From an uncultured Candidatus Saccharibacteria bacterium (GTDB lineage: Bacteria > Patescibacteriota > Minisyncoccia > Phycocordibacterales > UBA9973), in contig CAZCFW010000001.1 in the NCBI GenBank assembly GCA_964498035.1, forward strand, positions 57,286 through 121,285: DNA of 64,000 nt, given 5' to 3'. Position 1 is the stretch's first letter. Each line of letters starts with the position of its first letter. Both the position numbers and the translations under genes were made by a program. Shown piece after piece: positions 1 to 9,864 of this stretch. The notes beneath the pieces were generated by a model that was given only the letters and a program-made list of their open reading frames with translations, was not told the origin of the DNA and made no database searches.

Positions 1-1185
1 GAATAATGATTCTTTATTGTATTCTGGTATGTTGAAAAAGTAGGCAAGACTTCCCTCTTCCTCCATGTTTACAATATCTCTACCACAGCTTATGTGTTCA
101 ATAATTATGGGTGTGATGTTGTGCAATCTTTCGTTTGTGTATTCAGGTGAAGACTTCAAATTTTGAGAAATGAATTTATCAATATACATTTCTTGCTCTT
201 CATGAGAAAGCAATTTTAGGTGTTCTTTATTTATCCAGCAAAGCTTCTTCTCATCAAATCCTGCACCTGAGCGTTGGATGCGGTCAATATCGAATGAATT
301 TATAATTTCATCTACACTCATTATTTCACGTTCATCGCCTGGATTCCAGCCGAGTAGAGCCAAGAAATTAACCATAGCCTCTGGCAAATATCCATCCTTT
401 TTGTAATCAAGAATATCCTTAGCACCATCTCTTTTGCCCAGTTTCTTTTTTCCGCCTTCTGCCATTATCGGTGGAAGTGTTACGAATTCAGGTGGAGTTG
501 CATCAAATGCTTCATATACAGAGAGGAATTTCGGTGTGGATGCTATAAACTCTTGCCCACGCATTATGTGAGTCACACCCATCTCCATGTCGTCCACTAT
601 GTGTGCGAAATTGTATGTAGGGTAACCATCACTCTTTATAAGGATAAAGTCATCGAGCGCTTCCTCTCCAGCTGTGAGGTCTCCATACACATGGTCATAC
701 CAATCCCATCTTTTAATTGTGGGCACTTTGAAACGTAGTGGCTTTGTGCCATCCCAAGCCTCGGTATTTTCTGGTCTGTAATTCCTGTAGAGGAATGCTT
801 CTTTATTCTTTTCTGCCTTTTTTCTAAATTCAGCAACTTCATCTTCTGTATATGGATCTGCGTATGCATAACCTTTGTCGATAAGTACAGCAGCGTATTC
901 TCTATACTTTGCCAAGCGTTCTGATTGTAAGTATGGTGCATTTGGACCTTCTTTGTGAGGACCTTCATCGTACTCGGCACCAATCCATTCTAGCGATTCG
1001 AGGATATGGTCAATCGATCCGGAAACTTCGCGCTCTTTATCTGTGTCTTCAATACGGAGTATAAATGTGCCTTTATTCTTTCTAGCCCAAAGGTATGAAA
1101 ATAAAGCAGTACGAAGATTGCCTACATGGATGTATCCTGTGGGGCTTGGTGCAAATCTTGTGATAACTTTTTTAGAATTTTCCAT
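1..1185 (-). CDS. gltX: Glutamate--tRNA ligase (5' part; runs off the window start)
   Basis: Not in the ORF track. Manual translation from ATG at 1185 gives MENSKKVITRFAPSPTGYIHVGNLRTALFSYLWARKNKGTFILRIEDTD (class I HIGH-type HVGN), with KKLGKRDG at the KMSKS position. Confidence 0.96.
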   Translation of the reverse strand, partial: MENSKKVITRFAPSPTGYIHVGNLRTALFSYLWARKNKGTFILRIEDTDKEREVSGSIDHILESLEWIGAEYDEGPHKEGPNAPYLQSERLAKYREYAAVLIDKGYAYADPYTEDEVAEFRKKAEKNKEAFLYRNYRPENTEAWDGTKPLRFKVPTIKRWDWYDHVYGDLTAGEEALDDFILIKSDGYPTYNFAHIVDDMEMGVTHIMRGQEFIASTPKFLSVYEAFDATPPEFVTLPPIMAEGGKKKLGKRDGAKDILDYKKDGYLPEAMVNFLALLGWNPGDEREIMSVDEIINSFDIDRIQRSGAGFDEKKLCWINKEHLKLLSHEEQEMYIDKFISQNLKSSPEYTNERLHNITPIIIEHISCGRDIVNMEEEGSLAYFFNIPEYNKESLF

Positions 1186-1186
1186 A

Positions 1187-2314
1187 TTATAATTCGTGAG
1201 CTAGGATAATGTTAATAGCTTTCTGTGCAATCATATGTGCAGCATTTGGAGTCGCAAACTGAAACGCACTTTTACGCATCGATTCAATCTTCTCTTTACT
1301 GTTAGCAATTTTATTTATTTCAGCAAGTAATAAATGTGGAGTAAGATTTGCTTCTTCTATGACCTCGCAAGCACCAACTCTAGCATAATTGAAAGCATTC
1401 TTCCTCTGGTGATCACCATTTGAATTTGTGATAGGTATGATTATGGATGGAGTTCCCCATGCAGCAATTTCAAAAATCGCAGAGCCAGCTCTGGATATCA
1501 CTAGACGAGATATGCCATAAGCACTCTTCGTCTCAAGGTTGTTCATATATGCAAAAGGTCTGTATCTATTCTTGTGGGCATGATTCTCGAGTATTAAGTT
1601 ACTTCTTATGGTTACATCTTCGATATTCTTTGGCCCAATCTGATGAATTACTTGGTAAGAGTTTAAGAGTTCTGGAAGTATGCGAAGTACTACTTCATTT
1701 ATTGTTTCAGCTCCTTGTGAACCTCCGACAATAAATAATACAGGTGTGATGGGGTCAAATTTGAATAATTCCAAACCACCATCTACTCCACCACTCGTGA
1801 TTTCTCTGCGTATTGGCTGGCCAGTGAAGGCTACCTTCTCTTTAGGAAACTTTTCACCTGCTTCTGCGTACGATACTGCAATATAATTTGCGAATTTTGA
1901 AGCCCACATATTCATTCTCCCTGGGGCAGAATCTGATTCATGAATTATAAGTGGTATACGAAGAATCTTGGCAGCAAATACTGCTGGGAATGATCCATAG
2001 CCACCTTTTGAAATGATTACATCTGGGTAAATAGTGAAAATTCTAAGTAGACCGATAATTGCCCCCACGCCTGCTGCAAACATATCGAAAAAGTTCCGTA
2101 GTGATGAGTAAGTGCGGATTTTGCCAGCGGGCACTTTTATGAATGTAATACCTGTATTAAATAATGCCTGCTTGTCGAATTCCGCATCAGACACATAATA
2201 CATCTTTATATCTAGAATCTTTTCTTTAGCTGTAATTGCATTTATTTCCTCAGCAATTGCTATTAATGGGTAAAAATGCCCACCTGATCCTCCTCCTGTA
2301 AGTACTATTCTCAT
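1187..2314 (-). CDS. murG: Lipid II N-acetylglucosaminyltransferase MurG
   Basis: GGGSGGHFYP, GGYGSFP, HESDSAPG, GGSQGA and SRAGS motifs; follows ftsW. Confidence 0.95.
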   Translation of the reverse strand: MRIVLTGGGSGGHFYPLIAIAEEINAITAKEKILDIKMYYVSDAEFDKQALFNTGITFIKVPAGKIRTYSSLRNFFDMFAAGVGAIIGLLRIFTIYPDVIISKGGYGSFPAVFAAKILRIPLIIHESDSAPGRMNMWASKFANYIAVSYAEAGEKFPKEKVAFTGQPIRREITSGGVDGGLELFKFDPITPVLFIVGGSQGAETINEVVLRILPELLNSYQVIHQIGPKNIEDVTIRSNLILENHAHKNRYRPFAYMNNLETKSAYGISRLVISRAGSAIFEIAAWGTPSIIIPITNSNGDHQRKNAFNYARVGACEVIEEANLTPHLLLAEINKIANSKEKIESMRKSAFQFATPNAAHMIAQKAINIILAHEL

Positions 2315-2357
2315 ATAGTGCTTATTTTACACCATTTCGGCTTATTTTTCTAGTGGA

Positions 2358-3458
2358 TTATACTTTTTTCTGAAATTGAGAAATGTGGAGCACGATACCG
2401 ATGGCTCCGAGAGCAATCATGAGTGCGGTGCCTCCTTGAGATATGAATACTAGAGGTACTCCAGTTAATGGGAAGACTCCAACAGTAGATGCGATATTCA
2501 TAAATGCTTGAGCTGTAAGTAGCGTAATTATTCCTACAACAAAAAGTTTTGAGAATGAATCTGGTGCATAGTATGCGATCTTAAATCCACGAAAAGCAAA
2601 AGCAACGAACAAGAGTATAAGAGCGACACATCCTACAAACCCAAGCTCTTCACCAATAACTGCAAATATTGAGTCGCCTTGTGGTTCTGGTAAATAATTA
2701 AATTTCTGAATGCTCTGCCCAAGGCCACGCCCGAAGAGTCCACCTGATCCGATAGCAATCAGAGACTGCTGAATTTGATATGACGATCCACTTGGGTCAT
2801 GATTTGGATGTAGGAATGTATTTACTCTATCTCTTAGGTATGGCGTTGTGGAAACTAAAATACTAAAACCGACTAATGCAACAGCAATCATAATAAATAT
2901 ATGCTTCCACGACACTCCAGACACAAATAACATTGCAAAAGCTGAAATAGACATCAGTATAACACTCTTAGTATCAGGCTGTTTAAGTAGTAATCCTGCA
3001 ATGAGAGCAATAAATACAACCAAGGGCACAATCCCCCATTTAAAGTCACGAACCTTGTTCTTCACCCAAGAAAGCCAAGCTGCGAAATATATAATAAAAG
3101 AAACTTTGAGGATTTCGACAGGTTGTATTGATAATCCAAATACATTTATCCATCGTCTTGCACCACCGTGAGAAAACCCAATATGAGGCACAAATACTAA
3201 TGAAGTAAGTATGAGTGATAATATAAAAAATATTAATGAATATTCTCTCCAGAATTTATAAGGAATTCTAAGTGCAATATAAAGTACGACACAGCCAGCG
3301 AGTAATCCAAATACCAATTGACTCACAAGTACCCCGTAGAATTTAGTTTCATTCTTTGCAAGTATTCCTAGTGATGCGGAAACAAGCATTATAATGCCCC
3401 CAAGTGTTAGAGCTATAACTATTCCTAGAAAGATTTTATCTACTTTGTTACCTTTCAT
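2358..3458 (-). CDS. ftsW: SEDS peptidoglycan glycosyltransferase FtsW
   Basis: GARRWI, QPVEILK, YLPEPQGDSIFAVIGEELG motifs; multi-TM; lies between mraY and murG. Start moved to ATG 3458, just after the mraY stop. Confidence 0.92.
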   Translation of the reverse strand: MKGNKVDKIFLGIVIALTLGGIIMLVSASLGILAKNETKFYGVLVSQLVFGLLAGCVVLYIALRIPYKFWREYSLIFFILSLILTSLVFVPHIGFSHGGARRWINVFGLSIQPVEILKVSFIIYFAAWLSWVKNKVRDFKWGIVPLVVFIALIAGLLLKQPDTKSVILMSISAFAMLFVSGVSWKHIFIMIAVALVGFSILVSTTPYLRDRVNTFLHPNHDPSGSSYQIQQSLIAIGSGGLFGRGLGQSIQKFNYLPEPQGDSIFAVIGEELGFVGCVALILLFVAFAFRGFKIAYYAPDSFSKLFVVGIITLLTAQAFMNIASTVGVFPLTGVPLVFISQGGTALMIALGAIGIVLHISQFQKKV

Positions 3459-3459
3459 A

Positions 3460-4509
3460 TTAATCAAGTAGAGCAATTACTACACCCATACTTGTAGTGA
3501 TAATACTTATAACCCAGTAACGCATTGTAACTTTATATTTTGGCCAGCCAAGCGCTTCAAGATGATGATGAAGTGGTGCTACCAAGAAAACCTTCTTACC
3601 ATTACGGAATCGTCTTGAAAGCATTTGAATAATACTTGTGAGTGATGTGATAAAGAGTGGAAATGCAATAATAGGCAAAAGGAGTACTGTATTTGTGAGG
3701 AATGCAATTACTGAAATAGTAACCGTGAGCCCTATCATACCAGTCTCTCCCATATAAAAGCGTGCCGGAGGAATATTGAACCATAGGAATGCCAATATTC
3801 CAGAAGTTACAACTGCACAAAATGTAGATAAGTCGTATTGGCCTTGTGCAAATGTGATGACTGCGTACCCTGCAAATATGGAAGCAAGTACTCCACCTGA
3901 AAGACCATCGATACCGTCGATTACACTAGATGAGAAAACTGCAAGCATTATAAGAATGAAGAATGGTAAGAAAAATACTCCGAGTGTTATAAATCCATAA
4001 TTTGGCACAAATAAATAATCTATCCCAAGCTTTGAATAAAACCACCATCCGATAATGAGCCCAAGTAGTAGGATAATTCCGATTTTAATAAATCGCAATT
4101 TGATAGGATCGTTTGCAAGCTTGCCAGTAGCAAATATTTGGATAAAATCATCTCCAAGTCCGATAATAGATGCCGTTATGAGTGTGAAGAATGGTAAAAG
4201 AGTTTCCTTTCTAGAAATAAAATTTAATTGATCTTCTACCCCACTACCCCAAAATAATCCAATTATCCAAATAAGTAATAATGTAAAAATGACAGACATC
4301 CACACAATCATACCTCCCACTCTTGGAGTCTTTGTTTCACTTACACCGTCGTGAATTGCTATGAAAGCAGGCTGAGTGCCTGTATGTGTGCGAGATACAC
4401 GCCTCCATAATTTGTATTTATAGAAATAGTGAGTCAGTATCGGTGTGATCAATATACCCGAGACGAATGACAAAATCACTGGGATTAAAATTTTAATTGC
4501 ATTACTCAT
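3460..4509 (-). CDS. mraY: Phospho-N-acetylmuramoyl-pentapeptide transferase MraY
   Basis: TPRVGG, GLGDD, DGIDGL, YMGETG, APLHHHLE motifs. Likely start is ATG 4509, overlapping the scpB stop. Confidence 0.93.
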   Translation of the reverse strand: MSNAIKILIPVILSFVSGILITPILTHYFYKYKLWRRVSRTHTGTQPAFIAIHDGVSETKTPRVGGMIVWMSVIFTLLLIWIIGLFWGSGVEDQLNFISRKETLLPFFTLITASIIGLGDDFIQIFATGKLANDPIKLRFIKIGIILLLGLIIGWWFYSKLGIDYLFVPNYGFITLGVFFLPFFILIMLAVFSSSVIDGIDGLSGGVLASIFAGYAVITFAQGQYDLSTFCAVVTSGILAFLWFNIPPARFYMGETGMIGLTVTISVIAFLTNTVLLLPIIAFPLFITSLTSIIQMLSRRFRNGKKVFLVAPLHHHLEALGWPKYKVTMRYWVISIITTSMGVVIALLD

Positions 4510-5062
4510 TTGGATTATTTTCTTGGTTTGTAATTGCCTTCTCAAGTTCCTCCACGACTTCTTGGTATTTTGGAAGCATTGTGATATCGCTCACCCCCAT
4601 AAATTCAAGTAACTCTATGGTTGGTGTATAGATGAATCTTCGTGAATCCTTTACATCAACTTTCTTTTCGATAAGTCCACGTATTAGAAGATTGCGAAGT
4701 ATGAAGCTTGAATTTACACCTCTGATATAGTCGATTTCATTTCTTGTTACTCCATTTTTCTCAGGACCATTTTTATATAAAATAATAGAGAGCGTCTCAA
4801 GTGTGGCCTTAGATAATTCTTTTGTAATCTCATCTTTGCGTAACTTTTCAAGGAAAGTGCTTGCCTCTTTGTTTGTGCCTAGAGTCGCTTCATTGTCATT
4901 TTGTATTACAGTAAGACCCGTACTTTCCATTCTAGTAGATAAAGTCTTAAGTGCCTCTGAAACTTCTTCAGCACTCACTTCCAAAATTTCCGCAATCTTT
5001 TTAATTGCGACGGGTTCACCTTTAAAGAAAAGTAATGCTTCAATTTTTGCGTCTAAGTTCAT
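4502..5062 (-). CDS. scpB: SMC-Scp complex subunit ScpB
   Basis: IEALLF, LSKATLETLSIILY, IDYIRGVNS motifs; adjacent to scpA. Confidence 0.93.
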   Translation of the reverse strand: MNLDAKIEALLFFKGEPVAIKKIAEILEVSAEEVSEALKTLSTRMESTGLTVIQNDNEATLGTNKEASTFLEKLRKDEITKELSKATLETLSIILYKNGPEKNGVTRNEIDYIRGVNSSFILRNLLIRGLIEKKVDVKDSRRFIYTPTIELLEFMGVSDITMLPKYQEVVEELEKAITNQENNPNE

Positions 5063-5076
5063 ATAATTAATTTTTA

Positions 5077-5877
5077 TTATTCTACTATTGGCCCTCCTTC
5101 TGTGCCCTCTTTACTCATCATTATATCTTCGAAATTACTATTCTGAATTACGTCTATTATTCCTTCTCTGACTAATTCTAACATAGCGAGGAATGAAACG
5201 ATAACATTTACTTTCACTTCTTTCTCATTACCATTCGAGCTCTGCCTTGCAAAGTCTCTAAAGGAAGTATTGAGTGTCTTTTGAATCCTCTGTGTCAGGC
5301 GGTCAATCATTTCCTCTATATTGATGACAGTTTTCACTTCAATCTCGGGTAGTGGTGCCATCTTTTTAGGAATATGAATGAGGACATCCTCCATAACAGC
5401 ATTTATAGCCTCCACAGTGATCACAGGGTCAGGGCTGAAAATCACATTGTCCCATTTTCTTTCAGGTGCGGAAAAAATTACTTGTGTACCAAAATTATTC
5501 TTAATATCAATACTTGCGTTCTTAATGATTTGATAGAGCTTGAGTCTCATTTCCAAATCTTCAATTTTGTCTTCCTCTTCATCAGTAAGTTCTAGATTTG
5601 GTAGGAGTGATTTTGATTTAATAAGGATTAGAGTCGCTGCGATCACGATGAAGTAAGATACATCATGAATATGTTTATCAGCAGGTTCGGCAAGGTCTTG
5701 CCTAGTCGGGTCATTCTGTAGGCTTTTAATGTGAGATATATATTCATTTGTCACCTCTGCAAGTGAAATTTCATTTACAAAAAGCTTCTTGCTCTCAATA
5801 AGAGAAAGTAATAGCTCGAGTGGGCCTTCAAAACCACCTGATTTTACAGTATATGTGTTGTTTACTAGTTCTGTCAC
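5077..5877 (-). CDS. scpA: Segregation and condensation protein ScpA
   Basis: FEGPLELLLSLI N-terminus and SFLAMLELV C-terminus; GTG start. Confidence 0.93.
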   Translation of the reverse strand: MTELVNNTYTVKSGGFEGPLELLLSLIESKKLFVNEISLAEVTNEYISHIKSLQNDPTRQDLAEPADKHIHDVSYFIVIAATLILIKSKSLLPNLELTDEEEDKIEDLEMRLKLYQIIKNASIDIKNNFGTQVIFSAPERKWDNVIFSPDPVITVEAINAVMEDVLIHIPKKMAPLPEIEVKTVINIEEMIDRLTQRIQKTLNTSFRDFARQSSNGNEKEVKVNVIVSFLAMLELVREGIIDVIQNSNFEDIMMSKEGTEGGPIVE

Positions 5878-5913
5878 CTTACCATTCTAGCTTAAAAAGA
5901 TTCAAAGATAAAG

Positions 5914-6861
5914 CTAGTCATTAAATGCAATTTCAAGAATTCTTTTCCAGTTTTCCCACGGAATTTTCGTCGCTTCTGTCAGTTCAGTATGCACTCCACC
6001 ATTTTGAATCGAATTTGTGGCAGGATCATAATACCAGTTTGGCACCTCTCCCATACGAGCTGGAATAATGAGCTCCCCATATTTTTTATCTATCTCTTTG
6101 TCATTTTGCATATAGTATTCTGCTCCACGAATGACTGCAACGAGCCTTTCTAGATTTATCTTACCCTTTGAAACTTTTGTGAGTATGTTTACGTGGCCAC
6201 TTGTTCGCCTTTGTACTACTATATTGAATTTTCCACCAGCTTGCGCTCGTAGGTATCCAGGAATACTTATATTGTCTGATTCAACTAGGACTGCTTTTAG
6301 TGGCATTTTGACCCCAAGATTTAATTCAATTACTTTTCCTTCATCAAAAAGTTTTTTGTATATAGCAGGAAGTTCGTGAATACGGATGTATTCTTCAAGG
6401 TAGTGTGCTTCAATCAGTGGAAGAATAAAATCAAAAACTTTTTGTGCATCCTCCGGGAATTGTTTGTTTAGTGATCCGACAAGTCCAGAGAGTCCAAATG
6501 CTCGATCGATAGCATCCTTCGATACTGTGCCTAGTCCAAACTGATCATCTCTTTCTGCGTAGCGAAGGAGCTTGCTTATGGCAGGATCGCCAGCTATTCC
6601 TAAATCCTTTGCTACAAGGTTCGCTGCGCAACTTGGGTTCTGTGTGCCATGATGGTCGTACAGGCCACTCCCACAGTCTATAAGTAGATTTCCATTCTTT
6701 ATATTTTCCTCATGTCCTGAATTGCCAATATTTGGGTCTGCGACAATACTAGCATTAGCAATATTCTCATATTTATTCTTTCCAAATTTTTTTAGTAAGA
6801 ATATTGCCACAATCGTATCCGGCTGTGGTCGAACTGGCAATATTATTCTCTCGATTTTCAT
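5914..6861 (-). CDS. Putative DHH-superfamily (MYG1-like) phosphoesterase/nuclease
   Basis: PQPDTIVAIFLL, IDCGSGLYDHHG, CAANLV and RDD resemble the MYG1/DHH motif order. Confidence 0.5.
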   Translation of the reverse strand: MKIERIILPVRPQPDTIVAIFLLKKFGKNKYENIANASIVADPNIGNSGHEENIKNGNLLIDCGSGLYDHHGTQNPSCAANLVAKDLGIAGDPAISKLLRYAERDDQFGLGTVSKDAIDRAFGLSGLVGSLNKQFPEDAQKVFDFILPLIEAHYLEEYIRIHELPAIYKKLFDEGKVIELNLGVKMPLKAVLVESDNISIPGYLRAQAGGKFNIVVQRRTSGHVNILTKVSKGKINLERLVAVIRGAEYYMQNDKEIDKKYGELIIPARMGEVPNWYYDPATNSIQNGGVHTELTEATKIPWENWKRILEIAFND

Positions 6862-6896
6862 ATAGTAATTATAACCCTTTTTTCAGATTTTACTGC

Positions 6897-6925
6897 TTGA
6901 CAATCACTCCCTAAAGTGCTATAAT
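6897..6925 (+). promoter_or_regulatory. Consensus sigma70 promoter
   Basis: TTGACA (6897-6902), 17-nt spacer, TATAAT (6920-6925), upstream of ORF 6960. Confidence 0.8.
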
Positions 6926-6959
6926 ACTAACAAATCTAAAAATTTAATAGTTTTCAATT

Positions 6960-7778
6960 ATGGACAATCAATTCAACACTAGTCTTTTCGACGGAACTTC
7001 GTTCAAAAAAGTGCTCCCTGGTAAGGTAGAGCTATCAATCTTGCTTTCGAAGCATGTGGGAAATAATTCAGAAGAATATGAGATGAAAGTAACGGTTATT
7101 AATAACCCTACTGGAGCTCAAGTGAGATTCTGGATGGAAACCAACATCAAAGCTACGGATCCAAAATGGAAACGAGCAGCAAGAATTAAGTCATCTGCAT
7201 CTGACTCTAAGGGTCATGAAATCTTTAAGCAAATTATACTTTTCGACAAAGTAAAGAACACCACTCGTGCTGTGAAAACTGCCAGCGGGATCAAATTCTT
7301 AATTTTGGAAAAAAATGGTAATTTGTCAACTGGTAACATAGCCGTTATTGTAGATGGGGATCAATCTCGCTTTGTGGATGAAATTACAAAGACAAGTACT
7401 ACCTCTAACAAGAACGGCGAAATTTACTTTGGTAAGTTTCTGGAAGAAAACTACATGGGACAGTGTATGGACTGGAGGCATCCATTTTTTGGCTTAAGTA
7501 TTGACTCTTTACCAGCATGGAACTCAAGTTTTGATGTTGTTGAGGAACCAAACTTTTCAGCCTTAATGGACGATGAAGTGATTATTACCATGATGTCTTG
7601 GGTCAGAGGAATGGCCTGGGGAAAAATCAAGGACGGCTCTTTTTGCAGAATTTACCTGTTCACTGAAATGAATAGTGATTCATTCAGGAAGGGTGGCATC
7701 TACAAATTCGGAGAAAAAATTACTCCGATTCAAAAGTCGAACTGCAAGTATGAACTTGTGGATATCGAACTTGTTTAA
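6960..7778 (+). CDS. Hypothetical protein
   Basis: 272-aa ORF with its own promoter and terminator; no family recognised. Confidence 0.7.
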   Translation: MDNQFNTSLFDGTSFKKVLPGKVELSILLSKHVGNNSEEYEMKVTVINNPTGAQVRFWMETNIKATDPKWKRAARIKSSASDSKGHEIFKQIILFDKVKNTTRAVKTASGIKFLILEKNGNLSTGNIAVIVDGDQSRFVDEITKTSTTSNKNGEIYFGKFLEENYMGQCMDWRHPFFGLSIDSLPAWNSSFDVVEEPNFSALMDDEVIITMMSWVRGMAWGKIKDGSFCRIYLFTEMNSDSFRKGGIYKFGEKITPIQKSNCKYELVDIELV

Positions 7779-7826
7779 CTTCCGACCTGATTATTTGATC
7801 TAGTACTTTGTACATTCTATTTTTTT

Positions 7827-7858
7827 TTAAAGGACTTAACTTTGTTAGGTCCTTTTTT
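7827..7858 (+). terminator. Intrinsic terminator
   Basis: aaaggacttaac-ttt-gttaggtcc followed by a T run. Confidence 0.7.
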
Positions 7859-7875
7859 GTTGCTATAATACAAAT

Positions 7876-8292
7876 ATGAATAATTGGAAACCTGAATATA
7901 TCGGAATATTTTTAACACCAGAATCGAGAGCTGAACTTCTAATGAAGTTTCCAGCGAAATTTAATAAAGTAAATGCCGACCATGTCACACTTATTTTCCA
8001 CCCAACAATGCAAGAAATTGGCCTATATACAATCGGTGAACGAGTTGTAATACCAGTAATAGGCTATGCAAAAGACGACAAAGGCCAAGCAATACTTGTA
8101 GACATTTCAAATACAAAAAACAAAAATCCACATATCACCATTTCAATAAGTGATGGCACGAAAGCAGTATATTCAAACGAATTGCTTGAGAAAAATATTA
8201 TAGAAAAAGTAGAGAATTTTACTTTGAACGGAGTTGTGGGAATCTTCGGACAAGATAGAAACATTCACTATTCTACAGATGGAATGATTTAG
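7876..8292 (+). CDS. 2H phosphoesterase (cyclic phosphodiesterase-like)
   Basis: Two HxT motifs (HVTL, HITI) about 50 aa apart in a 138-aa protein. Confidence 0.75.
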   Translation: MNNWKPEYIGIFLTPESRAELLMKFPAKFNKVNADHVTLIFHPTMQEIGLYTIGERVVIPVIGYAKDDKGQAILVDISNTKNKNPHITISISDGTKAVYSNELLEKNIIEKVENFTLNGVVGIFGQDRNIHYSTDGMI

Positions 8293-9638
8293 TATCCGTC
8301 TTCAGTGAGGCGTTCATCGATGCGATTCATGTCGCGTGGGAACATAGATGCTTCACGAATATTTTTAAGTCCTAGAATTTGCATTGTAAGGCGCTCTGCT
8401 CCGAAAGCGAATCCTCCTTCAGGTGGTACACCATACTTAAACGCTTCTAAGAACATTTTAATTTTGTTTGGATCCATATTCCACTCTTTCACCTGCTCTT
8501 CCAATTGATCATATTTATTTACTCTTCTTCCACCAGAGAGCCACTCTACTCCACGGCATATAAGATCCACTCCTTCGTTGAATTCTGGATTTTCTGGATT
8601 TGGATACACATAGAAAGGCTTCTTCTTTGTAGGATAGCCGTATACGAATACGAAATCAGATCCAGTCTCATTCTTTACGATTTCACAAATTTCTCTTTCA
8701 TCTTGTGCATTGAGGTCTTTCTCTCCACGCACATCACGGCCATTCTTTTCAAAAATCATATTTTGAGCTTCAGTAAGTGAATATGTAGGAGTCTTCTCTA
8801 TCATGACCGGTAGAGTTGCATCTAGGAGTTTTAAATGTTCAGCATTCTTTTCGCCTACTTGAGTGAGGATGTATCTCACAGTTTCCTCTGCCATATCACG
8901 CACATCACGCCAAGAATCGATGAAGCCCATCTCCGCGTCGAGTGATACTATCTCAGTAAGGTGGCGAGTAGTAGATGAAGGCTCAGCACGGAAAACTTTG
9001 TTTACAGAAAAGCATCTTTCAAATGCAGACATTACAATCTGCTTGTAAAGCTGAGGAGACTGAGAGAGGTATGCTTTCTTGTCGAAATAATCAAGCTGGA
9101 AAACTTCAGCACCTCCTTCAGCAGTTGCTGGTACCATGGATGGCGCTTGGAATTCGAAAAACATATTCTTCTTCATATATTCACGGAAGGAGTCGATTAT
9201 AGTTTCGCTCACCTTAAATACTGCTTGCACCTTTGGTTGGCGTAGCACAAGTGCACGGTTATCGAGCTCTGTAGTGAGCTCAAGGTTGTAACCAGAAAGT
9301 GACATATCAAACGGTAGTGTCGCAGCTTCGGCAAGGACTTCGATTGTTTGTATTTCAAGCTCAAGTTCGCCATTTAGTACTCCTACCTTTTTATTCTTTT
9401 CTGGGCGCTCATTGATCTTACCAGTAACTTTCACGACAAATTCTTGACGAAGAGTCTTCCCTACTTCTAGAGTCTCAGTATAATTTGGAAGAATTAGTCC
9501 TTGCACTCTGCCTGTCATGTCGCGGAAATCTAGGAAAATCATTTTGCCTTGATCACGACGCACATCTACCCAGCCAGCAATAGTGACGATGCCTCCCATA
9601 TGTTCTTTTAAATCCTTTATAAATATTCTTTCTTTCAT
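8289..9638 (-). CDS. aspS: Aspartate--tRNA ligase, short archaeal-type (probably non-discriminating)
   Basis: OB-fold N-terminus, LSQSPQLYKQ, FRAE, GGFAFGAERL, FPRD motifs; 449 aa, no GAD insertion. Confidence 0.9.
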   Translation of the reverse strand: MKERIFIKDLKEHMGGIVTIAGWVDVRRDQGKMIFLDFRDMTGRVQGLILPNYTETLEVGKTLRQEFVVKVTGKINERPEKNKKVGVLNGELELEIQTIEVLAEAATLPFDMSLSGYNLELTTELDNRALVLRQPKVQAVFKVSETIIDSFREYMKKNMFFEFQAPSMVPATAEGGAEVFQLDYFDKKAYLSQSPQLYKQIVMSAFERCFSVNKVFRAEPSSTTRHLTEIVSLDAEMGFIDSWRDVRDMAEETVRYILTQVGEKNAEHLKLLDATLPVMIEKTPTYSLTEAQNMIFEKNGRDVRGEKDLNAQDEREICEIVKNETGSDFVFVYGYPTKKKPFYVYPNPENPEFNEGVDLICRGVEWLSGGRRVNKYDQLEEQVKEWNMDPNKIKMFLEAFKYGVPPEGGFAFGAERLTMQILGLKNIREASMFPRDMNRIDERLTEDGY

Positions 9639-9645
9639 AAAATTA

Positions 9646-9864
9646 TTAGTGTAAGTTTTCAGTTATTAATTCGTATGGGTATGAAATGAGAGTCACAATC
9701 CCGACGTAGATCCAGTAAAACGGTGCAAAACAAATATAAATCACTTTATCCTTTTGCCACATTGGTAGATACCATCTTTGTATTTTCATGAGCAGTGCAT
9801 TGAGTGGTATGTATAGCAGTGAGAATACTCCTGCTAAAAAGAATCTTATAAATCTAATTATCAT
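9646..9864 (-). CDS. Small membrane protein
   Basis: 72 aa with two hydrophobic segments; overlaps the trpS stop and ends 7 nt before the aspS start. Confidence 0.6.
   Translation of the reverse strand: MIIRFIRFFLAGVFSLLYIPLNALLMKIQRWYLPMWQKDKVIYICFAPFYWIYVGIVTLISYPYELITENLH

Noticed and set aside
553-983. ORF-track calls 553-738 and 636-983
   Set aside because: Both lie within gltX, which the track missed because its stop is outside the window.
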